Shown here piece after piece: positions 48,151 to 59,560 of a stretch of DNA of 64,000 nt (its first letter is position 1; each line of letters starts with the position of its first letter). Below the pieces are notes generated by a model. The model worked only from the letters and a program-made list of their open reading frames with translations. It had not been told where the DNA came from and ran no database searches. A program made the translations under genes and the position numbers. The stretch spans positions 220,973 to 284,972 of the forward strand of contig JAHLTZ010000034.1 in NCBI GenBank assembly GCA_025786725.1, given 5' to 3'. The DNA comes from Syncephalis fuscata S228 (Eukaryota > Fungi > Zoopagomycota).

Positions 48151-51100
48151 ATGTTGGCAACAGCCACTACAGCAACCAGTGCAACACTGCACGTTTGCAA
48201 TCAGTCCAAAGCGTATAGATTTGACCAAAGAATCTTTTACAGCAATGATGGTAGTCGTAATGAACAGGCCATGCCTATTGTTTATGGCGAAGAATATTTA
48301 GAAACGCTGAAAGGCGTTGAAGGCACGCTACTCTACAATGTCCATGCCGAGACAGGGGAAAGTGGGTTATTAAAGCTGTACATCCTAGTAGGATGGGACT
48401 GGGCGTCTAGCACTTTTTATCTAGGCTTGGTAGAATGTGAAAAAGGGGATACGGCTGTGTGGCGTACACCGCGTGAATTCCATACATGGTTTAACCGTGC
48501 ATCAAGTAAACTACTCGTCAACGACCAACACAATATCGTTTGCTGGTCTGTTTTCAACGCCGATCGATTTGCCTTAAGCGCTGCCTTCAATGGCGAGACA
48601 TCAACCATTGATGTCATTATACAAAACACTACACAACAAATCACATCCCGTCCATTAGAGCCGTAAGTTATTTTATAAATGTCATCACAATAGACTGATG
48701 TCACTAACTGTTGAATTAATTAATGGCGATCATTACATTTTATTTATAGAATCGCGGCTATGCAACGAAGCAAGACAGCTAGCGAAGGTAAGTGTCACCA
48801 TAGTGTTCCTTTGTCTTCTTTTCTGCTTTCTTTATTGCTATATATATGTTTAAATAGTACATAAATAAGGGGGAGTAGAAGCGTTGGCACTTTATTATCA
48901 CTGCTATCGCCATTGCGTGTATTAACCAATGGCATTTCTATCTTTTTTAGTCGTATATTCTGAGGCCTCATCGAAGATGAAAAAAATAGTACCGGCCATT
49001 CGAAAAACTATGCGTGGTATAGCCGTCAATATTGAAATTACACATCCAGATATTGCTCTATGTCATCCAGTGGCCTATCCAAATTTTGTTCCAGAAGCAC
49101 TGGTATCGAAGGACATTGTTCGTATGGGCCGTCCCTACTATGCTAACTTTCAAGGCTCTCCTTTATCGACGATGCGTGGCTTTTTAATGTATCGTTTGGT
49201 AAAGCGGATTCTGACCGATGATCAAGGCTACGACTTTGGTCAGGCTGCACTATTAGGCAGTACGCATATCTATTTAGTAATTGGTTGGAAAATACCCGCA
49301 CTAAAGGCAAAAAAAACTTGTGCGTTTATGGTACAATTTGAAGATAATACAGTGCCAACCAGCGATGAGGCGAAAGAGCAGTTTTTAAATGGATTTATCA
49401 ATGCCATGCTTGGGTCGGAACATGAAACAAATGCCTATGCGCTAGATCATGGTGTACGATTTCAGATGCTAGCTAAGGCAAGTAGCCAGTTGAAGTTTAC
49501 CATTTCTGTAGAACTTGCACCACTTGGCAAGTCGTTAGGCACAGCGAATATTACAGATGACAATTTTGAGTCATTTGCCGGTTTTGTATCTTATTATCCA
49601 AAAGATGGGTTTATGTAAGTGTAAATTACTGATATTAGTATATGTGGCTTATTATTTATTTAATATTTATCAGGTGTTCAATGAAGGATGCACGTAAAAA
49701 GATCGTTGACGAGTTGAAGAACATTAAAAAGACGTCACCACTTTGTTTGCTGCATTTAGTAGAAAACAGAAGTAGTCATCTACAACTAAAGTTTGTAAAC
49801 TCAGATGAAAATAAGCATGTATCTGGATCCAAGATAATATTAGGCCAAGGGGAGTTCGACTATAATCATACACTTGTGGCCGATGAAAAACACTTGATTC
49901 ATCGAGTATTTGAAGTGATATCGGATTTTAGTCAAAATACGAATAATATGGATAGTGATAACGAGCAGCAAACGTTTTTGGTTATTGGAAATGAGGCATT
50001 TACCTCAACAATGGCCATTGTATTCTGCTGGTCGGCACAAGAGAAAAATATTAGTGGCACACAGATACGGCACTTTGTAGAAGAGGTTGAAGCGATGCAT
50101 CTATTTATTGCAGGCAGTTTACAAGTGCAATCCTTTATCGATTACAATTTTGAAAAGTTTTCGATCATTGGTTATAAAACACTTTCTACACCACAAGTCA
50201 TGACGGTGGCTTTGGATGATAAGGTTTACAGTGGGGTAAGTGGCATTTTATGAAATAACACGAAGCTAACCAATATACGTATCATTTATCGTTTATCATC
50301 AAATTATAGAAACAAAGTAAGTGATAATACTCATTTCTAGTAACTTTTACTAATAATATCATTTATAAATTTAGTTTGTGAATCCAAATTGCCACGCTGT
50401 CTCGAACTAACCATTGAGAATCGACATCCATCGGTAACATTTGTTGAACCTCACATCATGAGTATTGGATGTAAATTCATTAAGGATATGTCGGTAACAC
50501 ATATTACGCCTAATGGCCGTGTTTCCTGTCTATTCAGCGCACTTCCACTTGAAGGTTGTTTGGGTCGTGGTATGCGTATTAGCTATGCACTTGAGTACCA
50601 CAATGACCATAAATCGCTGACAACGGGCGAGAAACACGAGAAACAGGTACAAATTACCTGGAAGGCCGATCTAGATGGCACCAATAGACATAACGAATCG
50701 TACGAATCATATATACATTTTTCTTCCCCTGAAAACACTTATAAACGAGAAGAGACAAGCGAGACGATTTATTCGAGGCGTGGTTTTAACGATACAGCAC
50801 CCGATTCGGCGGTGATTGAGACTTATGTGCATGGATCTACTCGATGCTATGTGGCATTGATTCTTTTACCAGGTAACCGATCGGCTGCTTCTCGACTTTA
50901 TATTCTGGCTACCGCCTCACTTAACGATGTAAGTAATGATGATGATAATGATTAGTTGATCAGTATATTTTGATAGAGTTATGTTACTAATCTTACATTC
51001 ATTATTAGATTAAAAAATATACTGCAGATCTTAATCAAACGCCTGGCCATGCATCAGATGGCGATGATGACGACGATGACGACGATGATAACGCAGGTAA

Positions 51101-51189
51101 GCAGATATAAAGTGGCAAAAATGCTGTAACTCATATTTGTATTATTTTCATTGATTTATCTAGAACTTAATCGTGTCTGGGGCGCCTAG
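48151..51189 (+). CDS. Multi-domain actinoporin-like protein 2 (about four repeats), 8 exons including a 7-nt microexon (50310-50316)
   Basis: Repeats include LHVCNQS...GTLLY...LYILVGW, RGIAVNIEITHP...GFLMY...IYLVIGWKIP and RCLELTIENRHP. Splice phases are continuous to ...NRVWGA* at 51189. Confidence 0.7.
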
Positions 51190-52308
51190 CCAATTAATGG
51201 TCACTTTGACCCATGTTTATACATAGATTAACTACACCATCCACTATACAACGACCGTTTTCTTTGTAGCATTTCTTTCTTTATAATTTAGTACATCTTT
51301 ATTACAATGATACAGTAACATGTAGTCACCTGACTTGTATCAGCATATTATCATATATGCTATTTTTTATTAATTAAATAGCAATGACCTTTTTTGCAAA
51401 TATGATCTATTAAGTCAGTCGTATAGAAATAACTACACACCCACCATTCAGTTTATTAATAATAGCTGTAATTGAATGTGCTACATTGTGGCTATTCAAC
51501 ATTTTGTTACTCATTTAATATGAATAGTGTTAATTGGCTCCACTTAATAATATTTCTTTTTATTACTTGATATTTTAGTGTATCGTTATGGTATAGCTGT
51601 TATTTGCGAGCTCATAATAGACTAATCAAATATTAGTTTTTGTTCGCTTTTTACTTTACTCTTTTTAATAATCTACAGTATTGTTTTGCGCATTTATTTC
51701 ACATGTATTTACTATCTAGAAAGCTGTTATTCCATACTTATTGTAAATGTCGCCACATTGTTACATTCTCACAGTATTGCAATATTGCTACTTATGTTGT
51801 CTATTTTTTTTAACTTTCTTTAATTTCATATAAATCTATTTGATATAAACTAGTTCAGCAATCATTAGTCATAAATAATTAATCAAGTGTATATTTTTAA
51901 TAAAACACTAGGTTTGTGCACACCTATATTACTTGTTTTATCCATATATATATATATATATATATATACGACTCAATAAACAAAGTTAGTCAAAGTGTAT
52001 TGATAATTGAACTAGAGACAAATGGGCAGCAGTTATTAATAATACGTGGCTACTACAAATAAATGAAATAGTATGAATAGCTATATTGAATTTATAATGC
52101 GTAAAACCTTACCATCGATGCATAATATCTATAAACATTGTAAAATAATAATAATTGTTATTTTGAATACATAGGACCATTGTAAAAATGCAATATGTTT
52201 GTTTCCAATAGCTATAATTATAATAAAATACTTTAAAATGCCAATAAAGTGCCATTCTACAAATTTAATCGTGAAAGTATTGCGTTAATGTTACAATAAT
52301 ATTTAGCA

Positions 52309-53950
52309 GTATTAAAAAGCTATTTTAGTGCAATTAGGTGCTAAAAGGTAATAAAAACAATAATGGTAGTTTAGTTAATAAAACGTTACTAAAATTATTT
52401 ATAATTTTATGTAAAATGAAGCAAATTGTATGATATTTTGCACAAGTATGCGTATAACATGTAAGTAGCTATTGGCAAAATATACTGCTATTGTATTGTG
52501 TGATGGTGTAGTACTTATGATAATACGCTAATAAATGTACAAAAATAGCAGTTTTTTTGCCAATTATGGCTCGTATAAACAAAATACAGCAAAATGATTG
52601 CCGGATTCGAGTTCTCCATGCCTAGTTATACAGATTGGCATAAGAAATAAAGCAACGATTTTTGCAACAAAAGTTAGTCAAAAATGTAATTTACGTATTT
52701 GTAATATATCTAATAAATTGTTGCTAAAATACGTATAACTTAACGTATGATAAAGCAAATTGTCTGATATTTTGCACAAGTATGCATATAATATGTAAGT
52801 AGCCATTGGCAAAGTATACCGCTATTGTATTGTGTGATGGTGTAGTACTTATGATAATACGCTAATAAATGTACAAAAATAACAGTTTTTTTGCCAATTA
52901 TGACTCGTATAAACAAAATACAGAAAAATGATTGCCGGGTTCGAGTTCTCCATACTTAGATAATTAGATTAGCATAAGAAATAAAACATTAATTTTTGCA
53001 GCAAAAGCTAGTCAAAAATGCAATTTATGCGTAAATAGTTAACAGTGTTTTATATTGTATGTAAATGTATGGCATAAATTGTTAATTTACATCAGTATTT
53101 CTGTATACTAAATTGCTATTACGATTGCCTTAGTACTTTAGAGAACTTAAGTCTTCCTTGAACTAAATATATTTTTACTATTTATTTTCCAAAATCATAA
53201 ATTTTTATCATTTTTTCAATAAATATTTACATGTAAATTGCATTTTTGGCTAACTTTTGCTGCAAAAATTAATGTTCTATTTCTTATGCTAATCTAATTA
53301 TTTAAGTATGGAGAACTCGAATCCGGCAATCATTTTGCTGTAGTTTACTTATACAAGCCATAATCCGTAAAAAACTGCTATTTTTACACATTTATTAGCG
53401 TATTATTATAAATACTACACCATCACACAATACAATAGCGGTATACTTTGCCAATGGCTACTTACATATTATATGCATACTTGTGCAAAATATCAGACAA
53501 TTTGCTTTATCATACGTTAAGTTATACGTATTTTAGCAACAATTTATTAGATATATTACAAATACGTAAATTACATTTTTGACTAACTTTTGTTGCAAAA
53601 ATCGTTGCTTTATTTCTTATGCCAATCTGTATAACTAGGCATGGAGAACTCGAATCCGGCAATCATTTTGCTGTATTTTGTTTATACGAGCCATAATTGG
53701 CAAAAAAACTGCTATTTTTGTACATTTATTAGCGTATTATCATAAGTACTACACCATCACACAATACAATAGCAGTATATTTTGCCAATAGCTACTTACA
53801 TGTTATACGCATACTTGTGCAAAATATCATACAATTTGCTTCATTTTACATAAAATTATAAATAATTTTAGTAACGTTTTATTAACTAAACTACCATTAT
53901 TGTTTTTATTACCTTTTAGCACCTAATTGCACTAAAATAGCTTTTAATAC
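52309..53950. repeat. Large inverted repeat (foldback-like): arms 52309-53037 and 53224-53950, ~186-bp spacer, each arm holding two ~345-bp tandem modules
   Basis: Direct reverse-complement match between arms. The module is repeated at ~52420 and ~52764. Confidence 0.95.
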
Positions 53951-54732
53951 GGCCACAGCTAGTGTAAATTGATATTCACTATTAATTGTATAACATAACG
54001 ACAACCAATAACACTTCCAATTTCGTCTTCAATGACTATAGAGCTTTATAGTATATAATAGCCATCTTGCATAATTATACAATTTATCAATGATGTTGTT
54101 TATGTTTAATATACACAATCATTAATATTAATAAAACACCCGATACACATAAATAGCACATTATTCTTAACATATGTAATCTTATTTTTATTCCCGTATA
54201 GTGAATATGCATTAGTACATGCTTTTATGTATTTAAAAAATCGTGGAAAATTGCTTAAAGTAGAAAGTCGATATTAACACCAAAAAATAGCATTTAAATC
54301 ACTTTTTAGCTGTTAACACTGTCGTTCAAATTCGTATCGCTATACCTTGCTTCAAATAATAAAGCTCTAGAGAAAGAGAGATGAGTTTTACTAATACATT
54401 TTTTATTATAATAACGATATTAGTATTACATTTGATTATCTTTAGATATTATTTACTATTTATAGCTTACACATGTTATCATACCATTATTGGAAAACTG
54501 GCTATGTTTTGACCCTTGTGCGGACCCATTTAACTAACACACGTGAATTTATCTCTAAATTGATCTGTACTGCCGTTTATATTTGTGTATTTCATGGACT
54601 GCTCAATAAAAAATATTAGCCGACTTGTTGTTCGTTAAATAGCATGGGATTTTTAGATACAGTCTTAAAATATCTTTCCCTTTTACTTTTTATCAGTTGA
54701 AAATCATTTATGTCAAATTTGACGAGCAAATA

Positions 54733-56814
54733 ATGATATTATTTATAATTGCGACATTGCTATTAACTTCGATTACTCGCTATGTAGCGGCATATGCTAC
54801 TCCGGTGTTATTAAAATCAAATTCAATTCAGTCATTTACAGCTAATAAGCGCATATTATCAGCTTACTCGCAAAAAAATTACAAAAACGATGCTTACCAA
54901 GTGCCATTTATATTATCTAAAAAATTACGTAAACGTGCAAGTAATGCTGCAGCAACAATACAGGCCCAAATACCCCTAGGACCGGATTTAAGTGTTGCAG
55001 CACAGCGCCTTAATGTCAAAATAGCCGATCCACATCTAACTACTCATGTCAAGACTCTTCATAAACAAGGACACTTTGGACAAGGCATTAAAATCGCTGT
55101 ACTTGATTCTGGTATTGACTATACACATCCAGCACTTGGTGGTTGCTTTGGAGATGGCTGCAAAGTAGCTTATGGCTATGACTTTGTTGGCAATGACTTT
55201 GATGGTATTCGCGAGCCCGTGCCAGACAACGATCCAAAGGACGAATGTTCCGGCCATGGTACTGCTGTAGCGGGTATCATTGCTGCCAAAACAACAACAC
55301 TTGTTGGAGTTGTTCCTGAGGCTATACTGGGCGCTTATCGTATTGTAGGATGTAATGGTGAAACATGGTCGTCTCTTATAAAAAGCGCACTAGAAATGGC
55401 TTTGAAAGATGATATGAGTATTATTAATGTGTCGCTGTCATCAGTAGCCTATAAGAACAGCGATATAGTCATAGACATGGTTGAAAAGATGACTGAACAA
55501 GGTATCATTGTAGTTGCTGCAGCAGGTAATGATCGCGCAGGCTTAATGTGGCAAGCACGTAGTCCTGCCGTATCTCCATCGGTAATATCTGTTGCTGCAG
55601 CCCATGTTCCTACCAAAATGATGCGATCGTTTAGACTATTGGGAAGACATAGTGTAGATATTCCCTATGTCACTCCGTGTAGTGCTTTAGCAATACCAAC
55701 AGAAAAACACTTTATTGCCATGGTTACTGTAAAAGCTAAATGGTTTTCCTGCCTTATTGAAGGTAGTTTTCGCAATAAGCTGATGTTTGTAACATCAGGC
55801 CAATGCAAAATTGAACACCTACTAGATGCAGCCAAAAAGGGAGGCGCGCTTGGCATTATCACATCAATCTCGGCCCCAGATTCGACACAGTGTAGCGTAC
55901 CGCTATATATAATATCGAAAGAGTACAGCAAGTTAGTAATGCGAAAACTAACACATGAGCCTTTAAGCCATTTGAAATTTGCTACCAAGTCTGGACAATT
56001 CGAACTATTGGACGATATTTGCATCGATAATTCTTCTAATTGGGGACCAACACCATGGCTTACATCTAATTCAGACATTAGCGCACCTGGAATAAAAATA
56101 ATGACAACATCGATCTCTACGACCAGCCGATACGAATACAAAGATGGCACATCAATGGCAACAGGCTACGTTGCCGGTGCAGTAGCGCTGTATTTGGAAG
56201 TGCACAAACAAACCAAAGCTGACGTGGCCGCACTAAAGATGGCATTTCAAAGCACAGCGACACCTGTTGTAGCTAGTGACAGTGCGCTTTTGGGATCAAT
56301 AGCCCACCAAGGGGCCGGCTTTATTAATGTAGAACGGGCCATCTACGATAAGTCACGTGTAATGCCACCGGTGATAGAACTCAAAGATACGGAATCACGA
56401 GGTAAACAACACCGTAATGTGGTAGAACGGCAAATACACATTATCAATGGTAGTAAGCAGGCCAAGACTTACACAATATCGCACCAACCTTCAGCATCAA
56501 TCCGTGGATACAATTGGGCTAATATGCCCAACTTTCCACCTGAACACAGTGACGGATTTGCTGATGTTTATATACCAATCAAAAAGATATCTATACCGCC
56601 TGAAAGTACGCGTACTATCACCGTGAGTATTGGTCAACCATATTCGCTACTTTACAAAGAAAATTGGGTTTATTCCGGCTATATTGTTGCTGATCCTGGA
56701 TCTTTTGATCCAAATAATATTTCCCGTGAAGCAGTACGTGTCCCTTATTTTGGTTTAAAAGGTGATATAAAACAGGTTATTCCATTAATCTGTAGGTATA
56801 CAAGCAGATTCTGA
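54733..56814 (+). CDS. Secreted subtilisin-like S8 serine protease with PA insert and C-terminal Fn3-like domain, intronless
   Basis: Signal peptide, catalytic D (VLDSGID), H (HGTAVAG), oxyanion N (AAGND), S (GTSMAT), HPALGGCFG.GCKVAYGYDFVG, QGAGFINV, YSGYIV...VRVPYFG. Confidence 0.95.
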   Translation: MILFIIATLLLTSITRYVAAYATPVLLKSNSIQSFTANKRILSAYSQKNYKNDAYQVPFILSKKLRKRASNAAATIQAQIPLGPDLSVAAQRLNVKIADPHLTTHVKTLHKQGHFGQGIKIAVLDSGIDYTHPALGGCFGDGCKVAYGYDFVGNDFDGIREPVPDNDPKDECSGHGTAVAGIIAAKTTTLVGVVPEAILGAYRIVGCNGETWSSLIKSALEMALKDDMSIINVSLSSVAYKNSDIVIDMVEKMTEQGIIVVAAAGNDRAGLMWQARSPAVSPSVISVAAAHVPTKMMRSFRLLGRHSVDIPYVTPCSALAIPTEKHFIAMVTVKAKWFSCLIEGSFRNKLMFVTSGQCKIEHLLDAAKKGGALGIITSISAPDSTQCSVPLYIISKEYSKLVMRKLTHEPLSHLKFATKSGQFELLDDICIDNSSNWGPTPWLTSNSDISAPGIKIMTTSISTTSRYEYKDGTSMATGYVAGAVALYLEVHKQTKADVAALKMAFQSTATPVVASDSALLGSIAHQGAGFINVERAIYDKSRVMPPVIELKDTESRGKQHRNVVERQIHIINGSKQAKTYTISHQPSASIRGYNWANMPNFPPEHSDGFADVYIPIKKISIPPESTRTITVSIGQPYSLLYKENWVYSGYIVADPGSFDPNNISREAVRVPYFGLKGDIKQVIPLICRYTSRF

Positions 56815-57970
56815 TTCTGATTTTTGTTAATTATTTAATTTAATACAAGTATTTATGCTTTTCTTTATTATTTTTGTGTAATGTGCCGTCTAATCGTTAC
56901 TTATGCTAAATTATCAGCAATCTCTATTACTGGAATGTACAATTTGTTGGTACGATGCTGTGTCGACTCCGTTTAAGTTAAGCAAATACTAAGCCATGCC
57001 ATACCATTTTTAATATCTATTATAGTAGGTGGCTGTCTATTCAAACATATTGTATTTATAACGAATATACTCACATTGCTTACAATAAGATATTATATTG
57101 TATATAACTATACCGAATTGCTAGAAATGAATTTATCAAACGCATATTTATTTATGCAAGCTAATGGATTGTCACTTTATCTATTATGGGACGCCGGCGT
57201 ACTTTATTGATTTATCAATAACGTATTTATGATGAAGAGATTTAGTGTAAAAGTAAAATTCAATTTAATTATGTATTTACCGATAAACCAATGATAGACA
57301 TATCATTACAATTGTCTTTGCTTTCAAATGATATCCATTATTTTATTACATTCATTACTTTAATAAATTCATTATGTTTTGTAAGCACAAGAAATATCGT
57401 AAATGGCCATGTGTGTTCTTATCGTTATTTGCCTAATAGTAGCACAGACAGCTAATTTTAGGCTAAACTGTCATACAATAACCATGTATTCTTTTTTATC
57501 TTAGTTTGCTATTGTTTAGCAAATACTTTTATGGCTGTTTTAGTGTAGAAAATTAAATACAAAATATTAATATTATTGTCTGTATCTATAGTAATATACT
57601 TTGCTATGTCTATTGTAAAATTATTATTAATTTGATAGTATTTGATTAATTCGGTTTTCCAAATTGTAATCAGTGGCAATTCGCTAATAAGTTACCATGA
57701 AATACTATATCAAAGCTTTGATAATACCAGTTCTCTTTAAATAAACGTAAAATTCACATTTTTAACATTAATTCGATCACATGTTTGTTTGCAAATATAA
57801 ATAATATCAAACGAGTTGAATGCCTTTATGCATAATAGACACATATTGGTATCCGAGCAAACATTGCAGCAGAAAACAAATGACATTGGACGCGATAGGC
57901 CATAAAGGTCGTGTAAATCTGCCAGAATGCCAATAGTATTGCCGCAGTGCATCGCCAGTGCAATTGTTGT

Positions 57971-59124
57971 TTAGCGGTAGCGACGGAGGGACAAGGTGTT
58001 GTTGCGGCGCCAAGCGGCACGACGACTGCCACCGATGAACTTGTTGAATCCGTGACCTTTGCCAACACCACGGTTCTTGCGACCGATGGAGGTAAGACCA
58101 CGAGCTTCGCGGTGCTTGTGGACAGAGTTGACGATCCAGTTGATGCGTGGGTCAGAGCGGATGACCTTGTGGCTTGGGTCGACAAGAATGACCTCAAAGT
58201 ACTTGTAGGTCGAGTCTTGGTTGACCCAGTAGCTGTTAAGAACGCGCAAGTTGGGGCAACGACGGCCGATACGGTTCTCGGCAGTGTAGCGGTGGGAGTG
58301 CTGGTACTTGAGCTCGTTGATACCCATGGAGTGGGGCTTACCAAAAGTGGCACCCTTAGCAACTGGGCGCTTGCGACCACCACGACGAACGCGAATGCGG
58401 TAGATCACGTAGCCTTGTTTGGCCTAAATTAATATAGCAATTAATAAATATATAATTATTTGGCAGTAGCATATATAATAATTTACCTTATAGCCAAGGC
58501 GACGTGCCTTGTCTGGGCGGGATGGGCGAGAGGCACGGTGAATAACATTCAACTGGCTAATGATTGTGCCGCAAATTAAATCCATATAGAAGCGCCATTT
58601 AAATATAGCAAGACCCGCCAAAATCGAACATAAACAAGCAGCAAAAAAAAAGAAAAAGTAAGCGACTATTCGTCAAATGATCATTGGCGTTTGTGCACGC
58701 TCGAGGGTTGCAGCCACAAACTGCTTCATAAGAAACAGTATGCGCATTATTGACTTGTTGTCGTTAAACAACATTATCAATAATGACGACCAGGCAGGTC
58801 GACGCCATGCAGCACGCTCGACGGACCGCCTAAGACGAACCGCCACAAGGAAATACACACGCTGTCCAAAATCAATATTATAGCCTATTCAAAAGAGCGC
58901 AATATTACTTTTGAACAGCGCGTGCTCGCATTTTTTCTGTCTATCTGCCTGCCTTGGTTAGCAAAAGATAGACAAGACAGCCAGGTAGGCAGAAAATATA
59001 CAAGTGTTTATATTATACGCTCAATTGCTTACCGGTACTCCCAGCAGCGGACACGCAGCAAAAAGCGAAGCACATCCGACTGCTTCTTCTTGTAAAGCTC
59101 CTCAATGTACTTGTAAGCACCCAT
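57971..59124 (-). CDS. RPL15: 60S ribosomal protein eL15, 3 coding exons
   Basis: [31 protein letters not shown]|[23 protein letters not shown]|[21 protein letters not shown]...[26 protein letters not shown]...LSLRRYR*. Confidence 0.99.
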
Positions 59125-59515
59125 GACGTAAATTCAATCGAACGGCTACAAACAAATATATGGTTAGTATACATAATAAATATCAGTATTTTCACGGCTA
59201 TAAACACTATAAATAATCCCCTTTGTATATCCATCCATCCATCTATGTATCTATCCGGTCGCTTATAAATTTATCGACTGATTCAATAAATGATTGATAG
59301 ACATTATTGCTATCGAGTATGTAGCAATCCATATATCCATCCATCCGCGCTATTACTGCTTAATAGTATATACTCCAGTATATCCATGTATTTACAAACA
59401 GTATTATATTTATCAATTCATTCATCCATATATCCATCCATCCATATATTTATATAAATATTTATAGATATATCATCATCGACATGTACGCAAGTCTATA
59501 ATCAATGCCGCTTAC

Positions 59516-59560
59516 CTACCGCCTGCAGATGGGAGCACGTTGAGACAGAGTGGAAAGAGG
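59516..59560 (-). promoter_or_regulatory. Putative non-coding first exon of RPL15 beginning with an oligopyrimidine tract
   Basis: Minus strand reads CCTCTTTCCACTCTGTCTC...GCAGGCG|GTAGGTAAGC. Acceptor ttgtag at ~59146, 21 nt before the ATG. Confidence 0.55.

Noticed and set aside
52600-52950. ggRttcgagttc motifs in the palindrome modules resembling Pol III B-boxes
   Set aside because: Imperfect match to GTTCRANNC, with no A-box or cloverleaf.
57826-58432. 185-aa and 161-aa ORFs overlapping RPL15
   Set aside because: Alternative-frame and antisense shadows caused by strong codon bias in a highly expressed gene.
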